From the NCBI GenBank assembly GCA_964359735.1, contig CAYHTZ010000008.1:1-39821 (forward strand): a stretch of DNA of 39,821 nt, read 5' to 3'. This stretch comes from an uncultured Candidatus Saccharibacteria bacterium. Its GTDB lineage: Bacteria; Patescibacteriota; Andersenbacteria; UBA10190. Made by a program: the position numbers and the translations under genes. Positions 37,987-39,821 of the stretch are shown here, piece by piece (position 1 is the stretch's first letter; each line of letters starts with the position of its first letter). The notes beneath the pieces were generated by a model. That model made no database searches and had not been told where the DNA came from. It saw nothing but the letters and a program-made list of their open reading frames with translations.

Positions 37987-38110
37987 GCAGATTAATAAGC
38001 GACTCAAGAAAACCGCTGCGATATTCCAACCAGGCCCCAGCGGCAATCACTAAAGCGGTAATGACTACGGTAACTACGAGACGACTCAGTTCTTCTCCTA
38101 GGTATTCCAT
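37943..38110 (-). CDS. 55-aa single-TM small protein (not in ORF track)
   Basis: MEYLGEELSRLVVTVVITALVIAAGAWLEY...; TGCTACAGT 6 nt before ATG. Confidence 0.55.
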   Translation of the reverse strand: MEYLGEELSRLVVTVVITALVIAAGAWLEYRSGFLESLINLPTTSPVESVTVPAP

Positions 38111-38146
38111 GATCTTACTGTAGCACCACCATGGTATAGTGGAAGG

Positions 38147-39821
38147 GTGGAACCATATCTTGCCTCAGTAGAAGAAGTTTTGCGAGAGCTGCGGGTGCGT
38201 CCAGATACAGGTCTTTCCGGCACGGAGGTGAAAAGGCGTCAAGCGCACTGGGGAAAAAATGTTATTCCGCGGGATGACCCGTGGCGGCTGCTCAAAATTT
38301 TTTTTGAACGCTTCCGAGACCCGCTGGTAGTTATCCTCTTAGCGGCCGGCGTTATCTCAGTCGCCACCGGAGAGATTGGAGATGCCATCATTATTGTCAT
38401 TGCGCTTCTGCTTGATATTGCTTTGAGCTTTGCGCAAGTACTCCGTACGGAGCGGACGCTGCAGCGCCTGCGAGCCGAGGTGCCGGATTTAGTCAGTGTT
38501 ATCCGGCATGGAAAATCACAGCCGGTACCGGTGGAGTCGCTGGTGGTCGGGGACGTTATGGAAGTGAGGTCGGGAGAACGGGTGCCGGCAGACGCCCGAG
38601 TGATACGGTCCCAGGGGTTGCTCACCCAGGATGCCGTGTTGACCGGCGAAGTCCGAGATGTGGCCAGGACTACGGCGCGCCTTTCTGGCAAAGTGGCGCT
38701 CTCCGGGCAGCAGAATATGTTGTTTGCTGGAGGTACGGTGGTAGCCGGCTCAGGAGTAGCAGTAGTGACGGCGACGGGACTTAAAACACAATTCGGGAAA
38801 ATTGCGCAAATGTTACGGGCCGAGAAGTCGCCCCCCTCTCCACTGCGCAAAAAACTTCACCGCCAGGGGGTGGTCACGGCCTGGGTGATTGTGATCGCGG
38901 TGATGATACTCTCAGCCGTAGGCTTCTGGCAGGGCAGGACGCTACCGGAAACGGGGAGACTGGCGATCACGCTGGTGGTGAGCGCCATTCCCGAAGACCT
39001 GACGGTGATTTTGACGATTGCGCTTACGGTGGGAGTGGCCCGCATACTGCGGCACCGAGGTGTGGTCCGCGACTTAAGCTCGGCGGAAACGCTGGGAGCG
39101 GCGACGGTTATTTGTACGGATAAAACAGGCACCTTAACGGAAGGGAAAATGAAGGCCACCAAACTTAACTTCTTGCAAGGAGACGTACTGCTCCCCGGTG
39201 AGCGCGTAGGAAAGGATGCCTGGCATACGCTGGCTCTCTCCGGCTTGGTGCTGGCTTCGGCGGCTTACCGGAGGGCCGGCACCGAACAGGAATTTTTTGG
39301 TTCGGCGACAGAGCGAGCGGCGCTGGCGTTTGCCGATGAGAGCGGCGTTAACCCGGAAGAGGTGAGAGCACGTTGGAAAGTAGTGAACGAGATCGGTTTT
39401 GACCCCCGCTGGAAATACCGAGCCGTGCTGGCTCTCCACCCCACGCAATCTCATCAACTCATACTGGTGACCGGGGCTCCAGAAATTTTACTGAATCACA
39501 GTAGCACTACCTTAAACGAGCGGCGTGAGGTAGTGCGCTTAACTTCGCGGCGACGCGAGCGCTTCTTGAAAGCGTTTCACGAGATGGCTTCACGCGAGCA
39601 GCGTTTAGTAGCCGTAGCGGTGAGACGCCAAGTGCAACTGGAGAGCCTCTCGCACCGCGATATTCGAGGCTTACTCTTCCTAGCCGTGCTCACGATTACC
39701 GATCCGGTACGGTCAGAAGTGGTGAAGGCAGTTCGGGAAACGCAGCAGGCTGGCGTAGAAGTGAAGCTGGTGACCGGCGATCTTTCGGCGACGGCTATAG
39801 CCGTCGCCCCCCCCGTGGGGG
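38147..39821 (+). CDS. Cation-transporting P-type ATPase (type II-like), truncated by window end
   Basis: Manual translation from GTG 38147: MEPYLASVEEVL...GERVPAD, LTGE, IPEDL, DKTGTLT, DPVR, LVTGD. Confidence 0.92.
   Translation, partial: MEPYLASVEEVLRELRVRPDTGLSGTEVKRRQAHWGKNVIPRDDPWRLLKIFFERFRDPLVVILLAAGVISVATGEIGDAIIIVIALLLDIALSFAQVLRTERTLQRLRAEVPDLVSVIRHGKSQPVPVESLVVGDVMEVRSGERVPADARVIRSQGLLTQDAVLTGEVRDVARTTARLSGKVALSGQQNMLFAGGTVVAGSGVAVVTATGLKTQFGKIAQMLRAEKSPPSPLRKKLHRQGVVTAWVIVIAVMILSAVGFWQGRTLPETGRLAITLVVSAIPEDLTVILTIALTVGVARILRHRGVVRDLSSAETLGAATVICTDKTGTLTEGKMKATKLNFLQGDVLLPGERVGKDAWHTLALSGLVLASAAYRRAGTEQEFFGSATERAALAFADESGVNPEEVRARWKVVNEIGFDPRWKYRAVLALHPTQSHQLILVTGAPEILLNHSSTTLNERREVVRLTSRRRERFLKAFHEMASREQRLVAVAVRRQVQLESLSHRDIRGLLFLAVLTITDPVRSEVVKAVRETQQAGVEVKLVTGDLSATAIAVAPPVG

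Noticed and set aside
38239-39457. Minus-strand ORFs at the window end
   Set aside because: Shadows of the plus-strand P-type ATPase, which has the DKTGT motif.

Overview
A chromosomal, mostly housekeeping segment (dinG, pnp, rpsO, xer recombinase, clpC, gyrA, rpsA, four tRNAs). The compact gene content, pilin array and scarcity of Shine-Dalgarno sites suggest a Patescibacteria/CPR bacterium (inference, standard code). Five features stand out. (1) A giant minus-strand ORF missing from the ORF track (5704 to <1, at least 1901 codons, open at the window edge) fuses two MerR-type HTH domains and one TM helix to a very long modular Thr/Asp/Gly-rich fibre-like region. (2) A ~560-nt block (about 6785-7345) with no convincing ORF is built almost entirely of consecutive hairpins and is bracketed by a near-consensus sigma70 promoter and a terminator-like hairpin; it is a candidate large ncRNA. 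(3) A ~28-bp palindromic repeat family occurs at 8 loci, including in-frame copies in rpsA, clpC and a membrane protein, nested copies, and one copy inside a tRNA-Leu fragment. (4) Six tandem VirB2/TrbC-like pilins lie directly behind an orphan sugar-binding lipoprotein. (5) Leaderless promoter architecture is pervasive. All calls were made by eye from the sequence; no searches were run.
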